From contig CDLV01000011.1 in assembly GCA_001244265.2 (NCBI GenBank), positions 620,001 through 684,000 on the forward strand: 64,000 nucleotides of DNA, read 5' to 3'. This document shows, piece by piece, positions 26,837 to 40,075 of the stretch (position 1 is the stretch's first letter; every line of letters begins with the position of its first letter). The translations under genes and the position numbers were made by a program. The notes beneath the pieces were generated by a model. The model saw nothing but the letters and a program-made list of their open reading frames with translations. It was not told where the DNA came from and ran no database searches. The DNA comes from Microbotryum violaceum. Lineage: Eukaryota.

Positions 26837-27729
26837 CGACTCGTGCTGGATTGCAAAAAAGAAGAGAGAGCAGGGGCAAAGGACGTCCAAGGTTATTTAC
26901 CCCGGAGTCGTTTCCGAGCAGCGCGCGCGCCCAGGCTGCGGTAGGGCTGAAATACCCGAGCACGCCGAAATGGCGAGTCAGCATCGCTTACATTGGACCG
27001 ATAAATCAGGGACAGTGTCTAAGGATTAGTTTTCCATCGTACCTGCATACACCAAGCTTGAGAATCCTCACCCGAATACTTGAAATGCCCTCACTCGGGC
27101 CCTCGGCAGAGATACCGGCTACTCCGTGCCGCTCGATCGCTCACGTCGTAGAGCAGCGGTGTCTCACTTTCATTCCACCCGAGGCAACGTCACTCCAGAC
27201 GGACTGGTGACCGAACCGATGGGCTTTGCAGACAAACAAAGCTTTGCCTGAATCAGAAGACATTGATTTTACTTAAGAGGAAACCTAACTTCAGGGCACG
27301 TAGCTTCGCCTCGCAGCGGCCCCTATGCGACCGACGCGACACCTTCATTACGCGCCAGCAGTGGGCGATTCGACGCGACGAGCAGTCTAGGAGCGCTAGG
27401 ACGCGTTCGACGCCGATAATCGAAAATGCCGTTGTGAGACATGGACCTTTAAAAATCAATCTAGACATCCCAAAGGTTCGCAGCTGACAATGTGTCAAGA
27501 CTGTCGAGACCGAGCACACACGGCCCACCTGTCCGCCCGCGCGACAAAAGGCGACTGTCAAGGTCATGTAGCGCTTATGTTGCATAACGTAGGCACCAGT
27601 CTCGGCAATTCCGTACATACAAGCTACACTACAAACATCCTCGTGCTTCTTGTATCTGCCGAGGCAGAGTTTGCCCTGCAGAACCTCCCAATCATCAAAA
27701 ACGTCTGCGCCACGGAAAGCTCCTTCAAC

Positions 27730-30199
27730 CTAGTCCTGTGCGGTCGACTTGTTCCCCGTGAGTTGCGCAGCAACGGCCCTCGCTTCTTCCTCATCCTCTT
27801 CCGAGTCATCTTCATAATGTTCGACACGATCCCATACCGCATTGTCATCCTTGACCCCAATATGATGAATGACCGCACCCGTCGGCGCAGTGATCATCCT
27901 CCCCAGATGATCCTTGACCAAAGGCCCCAACTCCTCGGACGGATAGCTCGGTGCTGCAGACATGTCGTTATCGTCTCGGTTATGTTTTTCCTGGTCCCAG
28001 GCTCGTCCTTGAATCGCGGCCATCTTCATCGCTGCTGAACGAGCTCGGGTCGCGTCAATGTCGAATTGCAGCTGTGATCGTGTGCAAGCCCATAGATCAG
28101 TTTCGATCGCGGTAGATTCATAATAAACACGCATCCTTCCCATCGTGGTAGCTCACCTTCTTGCTCCGCTCCTGCTTCGCCACTTCAGCCTTCCGTTGTT
28201 CCTCCCTCAGCGCCTTCGCCGCTTTCCTCTGCTCTTCAGCCTCAGCCCTCTCCGCCTCGAGCTTATCATGTTGCGCCTGCGTCTTCTCATTCTCGATACG
28301 CATACGCGCCATCTTAGCCTCCAGCTCCTCAGTGGTCATACGTGGTTTGGCCACACCGCCTGTCGACACTCGATCACGTGTGGGGTAGACTCGTCGAGGT
28401 GCTGGGGAACCTTTAGCGAGGAATTCTTTATTACCGGGACTCGTCTTGACGTCATCCTTGTCCTCCGCGATTGCTAGCTTGGATAATGAGAGAGAAGCTT
28501 CATCGGTTGTAGTTGTAGACGTAGTACTTGTCTGGTCTACGTTCCTGGATGAGGCATGACGATTCGTTTGTGGGGTCGATTCCGATCCGGTCCAATTCGT
28601 AACTCCGACAGCGGGAGTCTCGTTTCTCGGCAGTTGATCTGCCTCGGATTGTGAAACGCGGAGTTGATTCTCCTCTTTTGGTGTGACAGCTCCAGATCTT
28701 GGGGGTGTTCCAGTTGATGTACTCGATGTAATCGGGCCTCCTCTCCCCCTCCTGCCTCGACCACGTCCCCGACCTCCTCTCGTCGAGGCCCTCGAAGGCG
28801 TAGCAGGTGATTGTGTTGCTGCTGTCTCCGTATCATCCGTCGCCCAACGAGAAGTGTAGATACCAGCCGACAACATCGGTGCGGTCGAAGGTGACTTAGC
28901 AACCGAGTCCGTCGCAGCAGTGGCAGCAGCGACGGGCGTCGAGGGCGTCGAGGGCTTCGACCCCGAAGCCGATCGCGTTACAGGACCTTGTCGTGCAATC
29001 CTTCCTCTTGTACTAGAAGCTGATCCTCGGATACTGAACGAGGGTGGTGTACGATGTTGTGATTGCCCATCGTGTTGGCTCACTTCGGGTCCCTTTGTCG
29101 ACGATGCTGAGTCAGTTTGACCACGACTGGCTGACGACGCACCGCGTGATGCAGTTGAAGATGGGAGGGAGACGACCATCTTTTGGGGTGTTGTTGAGGA
29201 TTGTTCCGTCATGTTGCTCTGTGACTCTTGGTGGTGAAGCGAGATCGAGGGTGGTTGAGAAAGTGACGTCGACGAGGACAATGGGCTAGAAGATAACGTC
29301 GGCTCAAGTGGGGGAGATGCCACGGGTAACGACGGCTCGAAAAAGTGTTGCACCGACGTCGGGGGAGGCAGAGGTGAGGAACCTGTAGCAAGGAACGACG
29401 ATGGCACGTAGGGCGGGTATGAGTCGGCTCGAGCGAGCGGTGGGGGTGGGGGCACAATGCAACACCACAGCGAGCGCCGCTCGAGTGGGGCTGAAACCGG
29501 CGCTCGCCAGTAGTTCGGCTCGGTGTCGGACGTGGAAGCGGGATCGTGTGCCGAAGGACCGGCTGCTCTTGGATCGGCCGATGACTTGTAGAGGTCAGAT
29601 TTGTGAGGGTCCAGAGTGAGGAAGCCTAGAGTCGGCAACCCGGCTGTAGCAGTGACCGAGACCGACTCGTGGCATGAACTTGCACCAGCCGAAAGCGCGA
29701 CGGCCGAATCTTCGCGCGGGGACTCATGAAGCGAGCGAGCTTGGCCGAGGCGAGGTGGTGATTCAGGGGTATGCAACGTCAGGGGAGAAACGGCTCGTTC
29801 CCAGCGTGGATCCAAGCTCGGTAACGAATTCGCTACTGCCCTCCCCCTTTCTTCGAGGGATGAGCTCCATCGGCGCCGAACCGAGTCAGGTTCAAAAAGC
29901 ACCCCGCCGCCGATCGTGCTCGAGCTCGAGTTTATGGGACCGTCAGGCGGACTAAGGGATAACGCGGGCATGAGAGGTGAAGGGGACATGGGTAAGAGTG
30001 TCGGTCCCAAGCGTCGAGTTGGGATGGGTAAGATGCGTTGTGACCTCGTGGGACTGGGCGAGGAAGGTGAGTCGGCACCAGTCGTACGGCGTGTTGAGCT
30101 CGGTGTTCGTGGCAAAAGAGGCGACAGAGGAAAGAGCAAGCCTGGTGGGGTCGGCGGGGGTGTGGGGTCAATGCAGCGAGACATCTCTGTAGGTCGCAT
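27730..30199 (-). CDS. Hypothetical disordered protein with RG-rich segment and C-terminal coiled coil
   Basis: 693-aa ORF (RGGRGRGRGRRGRGG; EELEAKMARMRIENEK) spliced GTGAGC...CACAG to a last exon ending at 27730; the start may instead be near 29210. Confidence 0.7.
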
Positions 30200-30822
30200 G
30201 GGAGGAGGAAGGGGAGTGGGAAGGGTGAAGGAAAGAAAAAGCTGCGGCGGCGGAGGCGGAGGTCGCTTGGCGATCGGATCGAGCTCGGGAGTTCGTTAGT
30301 GGGTATCTCCTGTTCGATAAGCCGGGCGCGGTGAGCGTCGGGGAGACGCAGAGAAGAAGATGTCAACAAGCTGTATGAGATAAATTTTATATTCGTCTCG
30401 AATGAACGTCACCTGGGCCATTCGAACGTTCGCCGCCGCGAAAATTGGGTAATGTGGGGAACAAGCTTTTCGCCGATGACGGTCAGGGGACATCACCCGA
30501 ACCTACCTAACCCCTGTCCAGGAGCAGTCTCTAGGGTGCTTTAGGCGTCGACTTGTGTCACGCGTGATTTCAAAAGCTGGTAGGAGTTTCGAGGTGGTGT
30601 ATTCAGCGGGCAAGCGGTTGCACGATGGTCTCGGAGCTCGATTCGATTCGCTGGATTACGGGGGCGTGTCTGATTCCGAAACGCTCCAAAGGGAGTTGAT
30701 ACCAAGTGCCGCGCGCGCGTGGAGAATGGACCGCGGGCGTGCACGGGGGCGACAAGGGTGGGCTAACTCAGCTCTGGCTCTCTCCTCTTGCTCCCAACAT
30801 CAGCCCATTCCTTTTGCATACC

Positions 30823-32160
30823 ATGTCGACCGGCCAGATCACACTCTCTACGTGAGTTGAAGCACCAACTGCTTAGAGTGATGACGTGCAGTAGCAGTAG
30901 CAGCAGCAGTAACTGACTTGAGATCAGGTCGCACCACCCCACACCCGTTGGCGCTCGTGCTGTACGCCTCACACAGCTCCGACAACGAGACCTTCAAGGT
31001 CGAGAAGGATGTTGCCAACCGCTCCGTTCTGATCAAGAACATGATCGAGGGTCAGTCGTCTGGCGCCCATCTGCAGCTTTCACGCCCTTGACGACGACGA
31101 CGACGCGGCGGGCACGACCTGGGTCACCCACCGCAAGCCAGGCCCAGCCCAGTCATTCGCCCCACCGCACCGCACACCACACCCTCCCCGCCCATCCGCC
31201 CATGTCGCCGCCCCTTCCGACCGCCGTATGCTGACACCCGAGTCAATGGCTCTCACTCTAGATCTTGGAGAGACCGACCATCCGATCCCTTTGCCCAACG
31301 TCTCGTCCAACGTGCTCAAAAAGGTGAGCTTGCGTCGTCACCTGGACTCCTCTTTGGGCTGCTGCACCTCCTCCGGCGTGACACTCGCTGCCAGGACATT
31401 GCACACCTAGGGGAACGATTCGAGAGCAGATTCCAAATCCTCCTGGGCTGGGTCTATCGAGAGCGATGACTGATTACTCCGGGCGCGGCGGTACTCTTGG
31501 ACCCAGGTCTTGGAATGGTGCGAGCACCACAAGAAGGACATCGACCCGCCTGCCGAGGAGAACGACGACACGAGGCGAAAGATGACCGAGATCTCGGACT
31601 GGGACCAAAAGTGTGAGTGTGCTAGGACATGTCATGTCTCGCGTGGTGGCGTGCTTGCGGATGTCACATCTCGCATGATCGTAGTCGCGTTAAGCTCCGG
31701 TTGCCTAGAGCTGGCGCGTGCAGCTTCCAACGCGAGTGCCTTTCGATGCCAGCGACTGACCCGAAGCGTGGTCCTACCTCTCTACAGTCATCCAAGTTGA
31801 CCAAGAGATGTTGTTCGAGATCATTCTCGCTGCCAACTACCTCGACATCAAGCCCCTCCTGTGAGTTGCTCGATCCGGACGACCGGCGTGGCCCCTTTTT
31901 TGACGTCAGCCGCCGGGCACATTCACAGCGATGTCGGTTGCAAGACGGTCGCCAACATGATCAAAGGCAAGCAGCCCGAGGAGATCCGTAAGCTGTAAGT
32001 TGCTTGAGCTGCTGGCTTTGCTCACTGTCCACGCTTGTCGCCCGGCACTGAGCGCGGTCGATCGACGTCCCCTTCCTTCAGGTTCAACATCGTCAACGAC
32101 TTTACGCCCGAGGAGGAGGCGCAGATCAAGAAGGAGAACGAGTGGGCAGAGGACCGTTAG
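30823..32160 (+). CDS. SKP1: SCF ubiquitin ligase adaptor Skp1
   Basis: [102 protein letters not shown]. Confidence 0.97.
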
Positions 32161-32694
32161 ATTCGATCTCCGCGATGTGATCACTCGCGTTGTCGCTCGA
32201 CTCCTTTCTCTGTTCCATGTTCCCCTCTTTCCCCCCAAAACCCCCGTTTTGCCTCCCAAGCGTTTCCCCACTTTTGCATGCAGTAATCTACACCTCTTCT
32301 CGAACGGACTGGAGACGGCACCCTTTTCTTCGTCGCCGTCTTGATCTTTCCCCACCACCCCGCACCTTTTTGCCTCACTTGTCCCTTTTACCGGGCGTGC
32401 CGTACGACGCGTCGAACGTGGTCGTTCTCCAGTCATGGGTAGCAGCAGCACAGTTGTATGTAATGAAAGAAAAGGCCTCATTCTCCCCGTACGTCCTGGA
32501 GAGTTTATGGACAAGATGCGACTTGGTAAGACTGGGTCCGAGCGGGCCCGAGCGCGCGGTGTGATGCATTCACTCAGCTGAGAACTCGCTCGCGCTTGCT
32601 CCGCTGCTGCTGTGCACTCGCAAGTCGCTGATCATTGCCGACACCGACATCCCACCACGACGAAGGTCCGCCGGTTGGTGACGAAGAAACGAAG

Positions 32695-34600
32695 ATGGAG
32701 CACCGCGCGCCCGTGCCCGATCGGGTACCCGGGGAATTGGTGCAGGACCCGGAGTTGCTGCTGCAAGTGCGAGAGCATTTGTCGACGCTGTGCGGGTTGA
32801 ACGCGTTGAGGTCAGTTGGGTCTCCTCTCGGGCAGGGAGATGCATGTGATGTGCAGACCTTTGTGCAGTTGCAAAGGTTGAGCACTTGGCCATGTGTTCG
32901 TGTTACGGTGGAGATAGGTTCCCGGGTAGTCAACCCGTCAGTTTCGACTTGCAGTCGTTGAAGATGCTCGAGGAGGAAGAGTGAGTCGCGAGTCGAGGTC
33001 GGCGGAAGACCGGGGGGAAATGTACCAGGAGCTCACACGTTCCGGTGTTCGCTATGGTCTACATTAGCTTCTGGGTGTGCGAGAAATCGGATGGAGTGAG
33101 GGTCATCGTGCTTGTCGTTGCAACCGAGCAAGGACAGCAGACTTATCTCGTGAGTCCACTCGGTCCGAGTCCAGTGACTGGGTTGACAGTGAACCTTTCT
33201 CGATTCATAGGTCGATCGGAGATACGATTTCTACCAGGTGTCCGGGCTGCGATTCCCGCACCAAACAGGATTGGACTTTGATCATTCGAACACGGTCCTC
33301 GACGGCGAACTCGTCATTGATGTCGAGCCTGCAAGAGGGGTCAGTCGAGTGTCATGTGGGGCATCGTCGGAGGTAGCAAGAGACAACATTTGATGAGATC
33401 ATCTGGCGTTTGAACTCTGCAGGAAGTCCTCCGGCTGCTCCTGTTTGACTGCCTCGTCATCGACTCGGAGAACTTGATGCACAAACCTTTGCACAAACGA
33501 TACGGCGTTCGTCATCTTCCCAACTCTTTCCTTTCTTTCGTTGCGATCGTCGAGGTACTTACCTATGTATTTGATCCGCACCTCTGTTTTCCCTTCAACA
33601 GCGACTCAAGGCTTACATCATGGAACCATATGACAAGCTGCTCATGGCTCACCCCGAGGCGTGCGAGTACTTGCCTTTCGAGTGAGTTTGATCCCTCGAC
33701 CGCCGCCTCTTTCTCCGACGGTCCAGTACTAACGCAGTTTCTACTTTTCCTCTTCCAATCACGTTCCTACGTTCCATTAGAGTTCGACTGAAGCCTCAAG
33801 AACTGTCGTACGGCATAGAAGCCGTCTTCCGAGAACACGTCCCCAAGTTGCTGCACGGCAACGACGGCCTCATCTTCACCTCGGCCGAAGCGGTCTATAC
33901 GCCTGGTACAGACCCGAAAATGTGGGTAATCGACGAAAGGTGAAGGTTCACTTGAGCACGAATAATGATGATGGTGATGATTGCTGATCTCGAACGAGAC
34001 GCCTCTTCTTCGAATACGCCTAGCCTCAAGTGGAAACCGCCGAGTGAGAACTCGATCGACTTTGTGCTGCAACTCAAATTCCCCGCTCGGAAAGATAACG
34101 ACCACGAACCCGATTATACGGCCAAACCCATCTTCATGCTCTTGATGAACCACGGTCACGAAGGTTCGTTCTACTTCGACACCATGTCCGTCGATGACGA
34201 TACTTGGGAACGATGGAAAGCCTCGGGCGAACAATACGACGATCGGGTCGTCGAAGTCGTTTGGGATTTCGAGAGGCAGACGTGGAGGTTGTTGAGGTTC
34301 AGGGATGACAAGTTGGAAGGAAATTATAAGACGGTCGTGAGTAGTATCATCAAGAGTATACAACATGGAGTTGAGGAGGAGAGGTTGGTCGGGCATGCGC
34401 CGAGGATAAAGGCCGCGTGGAAGGTGAGGGCGGAGAGGAGGAGGAGGGAGGAGGAGGAGAGGAGGAGGGTCGAAGAGAAGAGGAGGAAAGCAGAATTCGA
34501 GGTCAAGAAGAAGGAGTTTGAGAGCAAGAGGGCGAAGGGAGAGATCCCGCCGCAGACGCAGGCATTGCCGAATACTTTTGCTGGGCCGCTGAGGCGGTGA
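32695..34600 (+). CDS. CEG1: mRNA capping enzyme, guanylyltransferase subunit
   Basis: FPGSQPVSF, motif I CEKSDGVR, TVLDGELV, HGNDGLIFT, LKWKPPSENSIDF, motif VI RFRDDK. Confidence 0.95.
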
Positions 34601-34815
34601 ACACAGCTTCCTCGCATGCGATTCGAAGCTTGTCGAAGATGGGATACTTGTATACCTACCTCGCCCCGTTATTTGTTGTACGATAGCTTCTCATTGCTTG
34701 TTTGAAACTCATGGGCGAGCACAGCTGCGACTCGATGTAACACGTCTCTGGGGTGTCCAATAAGAAGTGAATCAATACTGCATAGGAGTTACAACATGCA
34801 TTTGCTAAGGTAGGA

Positions 34816-37361
34816 TCATAAGGCTAATTCGTCCTCACTCGTATCTTCATCGTCTACAGGTCCTGCATACGCCTTCCTCTTCATCGCCGACGTCCGTTTG
34901 CTCCTCCCGGGTCCGCACTTTCGAACCGACAGGACGGCTCCTTTCTTGACGACCGGTCGTCTAGTTTTAGGCGACTTCGCTTGCAAAAGATCGAGCTCAT
35001 CACTCCGTTCTGAAGTCGGTGACTGTTTCCGCAGCTTTGGTCCATCCTCATCGTCGTGGCCACTGTTCTCCGACTCCTCCATAACTCTCCTCCGCTTCCG
35101 TACGATCTGGTCTTTCTTCCGTTTGCTCTCGCACCGCCGAGAATCAACAGCCCGTCTACCCTCCTGAGCTTTCTCCTTCAAAGGTGTACCCACCAACCGA
35201 ATCGGCACGAACCTTTTCCGCGAACTCATCCCCAAACTCGAACATGCCAAACCAGGTGTCGAGTCCTGGAAGTCCTCGTCACTCGAAGAGAGCTGTAGCA
35301 CTCTCGCGAGTCTCCGAGGAGGGGTCGTCAATGCCTGTCGCTCCGCAGAAGTAGACGACGGTCGATTGAGTTCGTCCAGTCGTCTTTCAAAGATGTCCTT
35401 CTCCAAGATAATCAAGCCCCTCGTCGAGCGAACATCAACGAGGGAGTCATAAGCCTTCGTCGCGGTGTAGACGACCAACTTTTCCAGTGTTGAAAGGTCG
35501 GCGGATCGAAGTAACGTCGCAAGTGCAGCGAAGGATTGGGAGGAATGCTGCTTTGCTAAAGGGAGGAGCTCGGAGGTAAGCTGATCCAGATCGAGGTCTT
35601 GTCCTTCTTGTTCGACGAGGCCGAGGATGTGGTGCGCGATCAACGAGTCGCATTCTGTCAGGCGGGCCACATCGCTCGAGCCGGTTTGCGCGGAGAGGTG
35701 ATGGTCGAGAGAGCGGAGGGCGAGCTCGGAACATGCGGCGATTACGAAGGGACCTAGACGCTGCATTGTCCACTTGCTTTTAGATGGGCTCGGTCCCGTT
35801 CCATGCATCAAGTCCAGAACGGCATCGAATACTCGTTCGAGCGCTTTATCCCGGGCCAACCGTTGACCATCGAACGTGCCTTCACTCGTCGTGATTGAGA
35901 CCATCTCGTCGTCCTGCGCTAGGAACAGAAAACCCGTAGCATGACCGACTTCGAAGGCGACTCGATCAATCACATCGCTCTTTTGCCGTTCTCCGCCTCG
36001 TTCTCCATTCAAGATGGCGAGACCGATCGCGCCCATCATTTCTCTAGCGACTCCACAAACAAGTTCGATCATCCCGCCCAAAGCCTCGGCGTCGCTGGCG
36101 TTTCCTGAGCGCAAAGCGGCTCTCTCCAGAGAGAGGAAAGGCGAATAAAAAAGCCGATCGGCAAAGGTCGACTCGAAGAGAATAGTACGGAGCGACTCGA
36201 AGTAAGTTGACGAATGGCCGTGCAAGACGGTTTGTTGCGCGAGGACATGCGCCGAAGAGGTCGGATCGGTCATGCGCAAAGCTTGGTAGTTGAGAGTATC
36301 ATAAAACCTGGGAGACTGTAGAAGAGTCTTTTACTCAGACGATATTCCACGGTGTCTCATCAGCGAACTCTCCACTTACTGCACTGCCCGCTCCCATGCG
36401 AGAACAGAGCTCGAAAAGGATTTCGAGCAGGGTGAAAGGAGGATTCTCGAGGCCTTCGAGCATAATTGAGGTGGCGTGTTCAATCAAGATCCATCTATGG
36501 GAGTCAAAAAATGTAGAATCAGATACACAGACTCGCTGGTGCACTTTTCCGATCGACTCACGGGCGACAATAATCCGGACAAGCGTCGTACCAGTCGTCG
36601 ACCAAAGTCGCCTCATCATCCCCCTCGTCCAATGCACCCTTCCGTCTCAGAGCAACGCCTTCCTCCTCACTACTATCCGACTGTTCCTCCTCCCTACAAC
36701 TCCTCACATTAGCTTCAATATTCCATCCAATCTCCCTCGCCATCATCTCGACCAAGCTCGGTACTCTACGAGTCCGGGTTGGGTTTTCTTCTTGCTCCTC
36801 ATCGTTGGCGTCCGCGACTGCCTCGAGTACGTTGGAGTAGGTTTTGATGAGATGTAAAGCCTTGTTGACCAAGTCATGTTCCCATCCGTCGAGACGACTG
36901 AGCCTGTTCCTCGCATCGAGGAGGATCGAAACGCCTCCACCCGAGCCTGTTGAACGACGAGTTCGCTTGAGACCCGCCTTCGTCCCCGCGGCGAACGATG
37001 CCGGTGCGGAAGAAGTAGACGAGGCTTGCGACGTTGTTCGACTCATGGTGATCGCTCCTCGTCTCGAATACGTCGTCGTCACTTTAGCCACGACGCGACT
37101 CGACTTGCTCCTCTTCCTCGCCGCGGCCTTTGCCATCATCGTCGTCCGACCTGACCCCTCCCATTCCTCGTCGTCGTCGTGATCCTCACTATCTTGCGCA
37201 CGACTAGCTTTCCTCTGAGCAGCTTGGGCAGCTTGAAAGGATAGCTCTCGCTGCTTGAGATGGAGATTACCAAGATCCAAAGCGAGGTTGGCCAAGGCGG
37301 CTCCGAGTTGGCGAAGGAGGCGATGTACACGCGAGAGAGCGATCACAGGATGGTGGCCCAT
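34816..37361 (-). CDS. Hypothetical fungal protein (multi-exon, helical core with disordered ends)
   Basis: Long ORFs 36558-37454, 36335-36637 and 34816-36279 on the same strand, separated by intron-sized gaps. Confidence 0.7.
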
Positions 37362-37640
37362 AGCCTCTGTTCTTATATGTAGGTCATATGAGGTGCATAT
37401 GCATGGTGTTGGGTCATGCGGGGCTTGTGGTAGCCGGAGCAAGAGGGCGCTCATCTTGGCTCGGCAGGTGTGCCCGGGTGTGCCGGCCCTTGCGCTCCGT
37501 CGCCGCGGTCTCGCGCAGTCTCGCCGCCAACAGAACTCGCCGCTACCCGGCCGCCCGTTTGCTCAATTAGGCCCGTCCCTCTGGTTTTTGACCTCACAAC
37601 GTTACTTCGGCCGGGCAACCACCGTCCCCACAGCGTTACC

Positions 37641-38680
37641 ATGTCCGAAACGGAATCTCCACCCCCGTTACAGAGAATCCCACTGCGAGTACTGATCGAC
37701 CGAAGAGAGTACCTCCTTCCCGAGATGATGTTTCGCTTCTTCGAGGTGGCTATCCGCCGGCCGGAAGCCCGCTTTTACATGGAAGCTGAGGTTATTTGGC
37801 AGGCCGTCTCCGAAAAGACGTGACGAGAGCTCAAGGCCTACGGCGAGGCACTCAGACTCTACTGCGTGCAGATTGCGACCCGCCTTGAGCAACGGTCAGG
37901 CTTGAACCTCTTCTCTCGAGAGGTATGGGCGGCCTGGATAGAATCGCATAAGTTCTATCACGGGGATCGTGGCTTCTGCAACGATTACTGGAGGGTCATC
38001 ATGTACTCTGGTTACCGTAGGTACTTCTATGTGTCCCCGCGACCTCCACAGCTGCAATCCGCTCGGACGCGGCGGACTTACACCCTTTCACTTGCGATCG
38101 CACAAGTCATCAACACCCTACGCGACAGATTCATTGCCGAATATAACGCGAAGCACCCCAAGTTCGACCCTCCTCTTCAACGATCCGACAATCTCATCCA
38201 CCGTCTCGGAGCTCCCGTCGTTTCGAAGGGATCGTGTGGTCTACTTCGAAGGCTTTGAACCAACGCCTGGTCCTGGACCCTCTGCATTCCTCGACGGCGA
38301 GCTGGACCATCTCAAGAGTAGGTCTCTGGATGCTTACCCGTGGGCCGTCACCCATGGCGAAATATCAGACTAAACCCGCTGTACGTCCTCGGCGCTAACG
38401 TGTACCTAAACAGGACGCGGTGGCATTCGCTTCGACGGTAAAGGCGTTCCCACCGACTTTGCCGTCGTAGTTGATGCGAAGTCAGATCTTTGGCCAAAGG
38501 ACGACGAAATCCTGGGGTCTGCGACTCTCCTCCCTCCTGGTACCGCGAGCGAGTCGCAAGAGACGGATAGCGGCACGCAAGGTGCTTGCACTGACTAGAT
38601 GATCGATGTACCGTTCAAGAACCTCGGGTCGTGTCACGGCTGCGATGTTTCAACCTGAGCCCTCTGCTGGACATGGGTGC
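37641..38680 (+). pseudogene. Disabled gene of an unknown family (paralogue at 3931-4770)
   Basis: ATG at 37641; in-frame TGA at 37821-37823 with the same frame open to 38258; further stops and frameshifts downstream. Confidence 0.6.
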
Positions 38681-40075
38681 CCCCACCTGTTTCCTCGCGC
38701 TTATCTCGATTGCTACCTACCCTCCGCAGCAGCATCTCCTTTTGTCCGCATGCGATCAACTTTTGTCCACTTATTGTTGTCGTCAAAGCTAGCCTACACT
38801 GTAAATATATTTCGAGGTGGGATCAGGAGCCGCTCTCGCCCCAACGTCGACGGCACCGAACACCCTTGATCTCGAGACATTTTCACAGATTTGGCTAGAT
38901 CCTTTGGGTCGGGGCGACCGCAGAGCAGTAAAGGTTCCTTGGAAGTATTTTCTTCATCCTTCCTCCTTCTGTCCCACTGCCGTTTTCGCGATTTGTAAGA
39001 AGGCTGCTCTTTGCAAGTCCTTCCTGGGGTTTGGGACGCTGGATCAGGTTGATCGTCGTTGATCGTTGCAAATCGACGAATAAGTGGCTTAGTCGGCGGC
39101 ACAGCCAGCCTCGTCGTTTCGTCAATTATACGTGACAAGTAATAGTTCCAGTCCATTCCAATCGGGTACCCGTTATGCTCTTGGCTACGAGTCCACCCCA
39201 CCAAAGGAAGGATGCTGTGGCGAGTCCGACAGATTGGTCTCGCAGCCCGGAGAGCGGACGAAGGTCTTGCGATCGATCGAGGAAAGTTTGCGCCGCAGTT
39301 CGAGCGACCTCAATTATGTCACGACGACGATGGGTGCTGACTTACTCGATCTTCGAATCGGAATTGAGCATTAGGGTCTCGGGCAAGCTGAGCATGGCAA
39401 TCGGTGGAAATTCGAATTCGTGTACCCGCATCTCAAAGAGACTTACTTCGAGCGTTGGCCCATCGAAATGTGGAATGCCCTGTGGTTAGGAGGGAACGTC
39501 TCGGCTGGCGCGTCTCCTGTCGCGCGAGGGATTTGACGCTTGAAGATGTGTATCAGTCACTTTTCTCATTTACGGTAGGCTCGAGGAAAAGACCTCGTGC
39601 ACAACCGTGACTGGTGGTATTCCCGTTCCACGAAGTAGCGATTCGGATCTCACGATCTCACACACAAGAAATGACGTGAATGTAGTAAGTACATCGAGAC
39701 TCGGAGGCGCACGATGAAGGATATCTTAAAGAGTGACATCACGTGATCAATCTAACTTGTATCGGAATTCACTCTCGAGCCTGTGAGAGACGATAGGGTA
39801 TGTCCAGTCCGTCTTGTTACAAAGCATTTGTGAGACTACCCCGCACAGACGAAGAGGGACGACGAGCGACGATCTAACACAACTTCAGACACCACAGCCG
39901 TTTGAAAGAGCAATAGTCGAAAGGTCCATACGAGTCGAAAGCAGAGAAAGCGGTAGCAGCATACAGCATGCAGCAGTAGCAGCAGTAGCAGCAGTAGCAT
40001 GTACACGATAATTAGAAGGGTGATCATGTGTCAACAAGGCAACAAAACGATCGCAATGCAGAAGGCGAGGGCTCT

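Noticed and set aside
39950-40000. (GCAGCAGTA)n run also seen in a SKP1 intron (about 30888-30910)
   Set aside because: Simple microsatellites; no flanking homology
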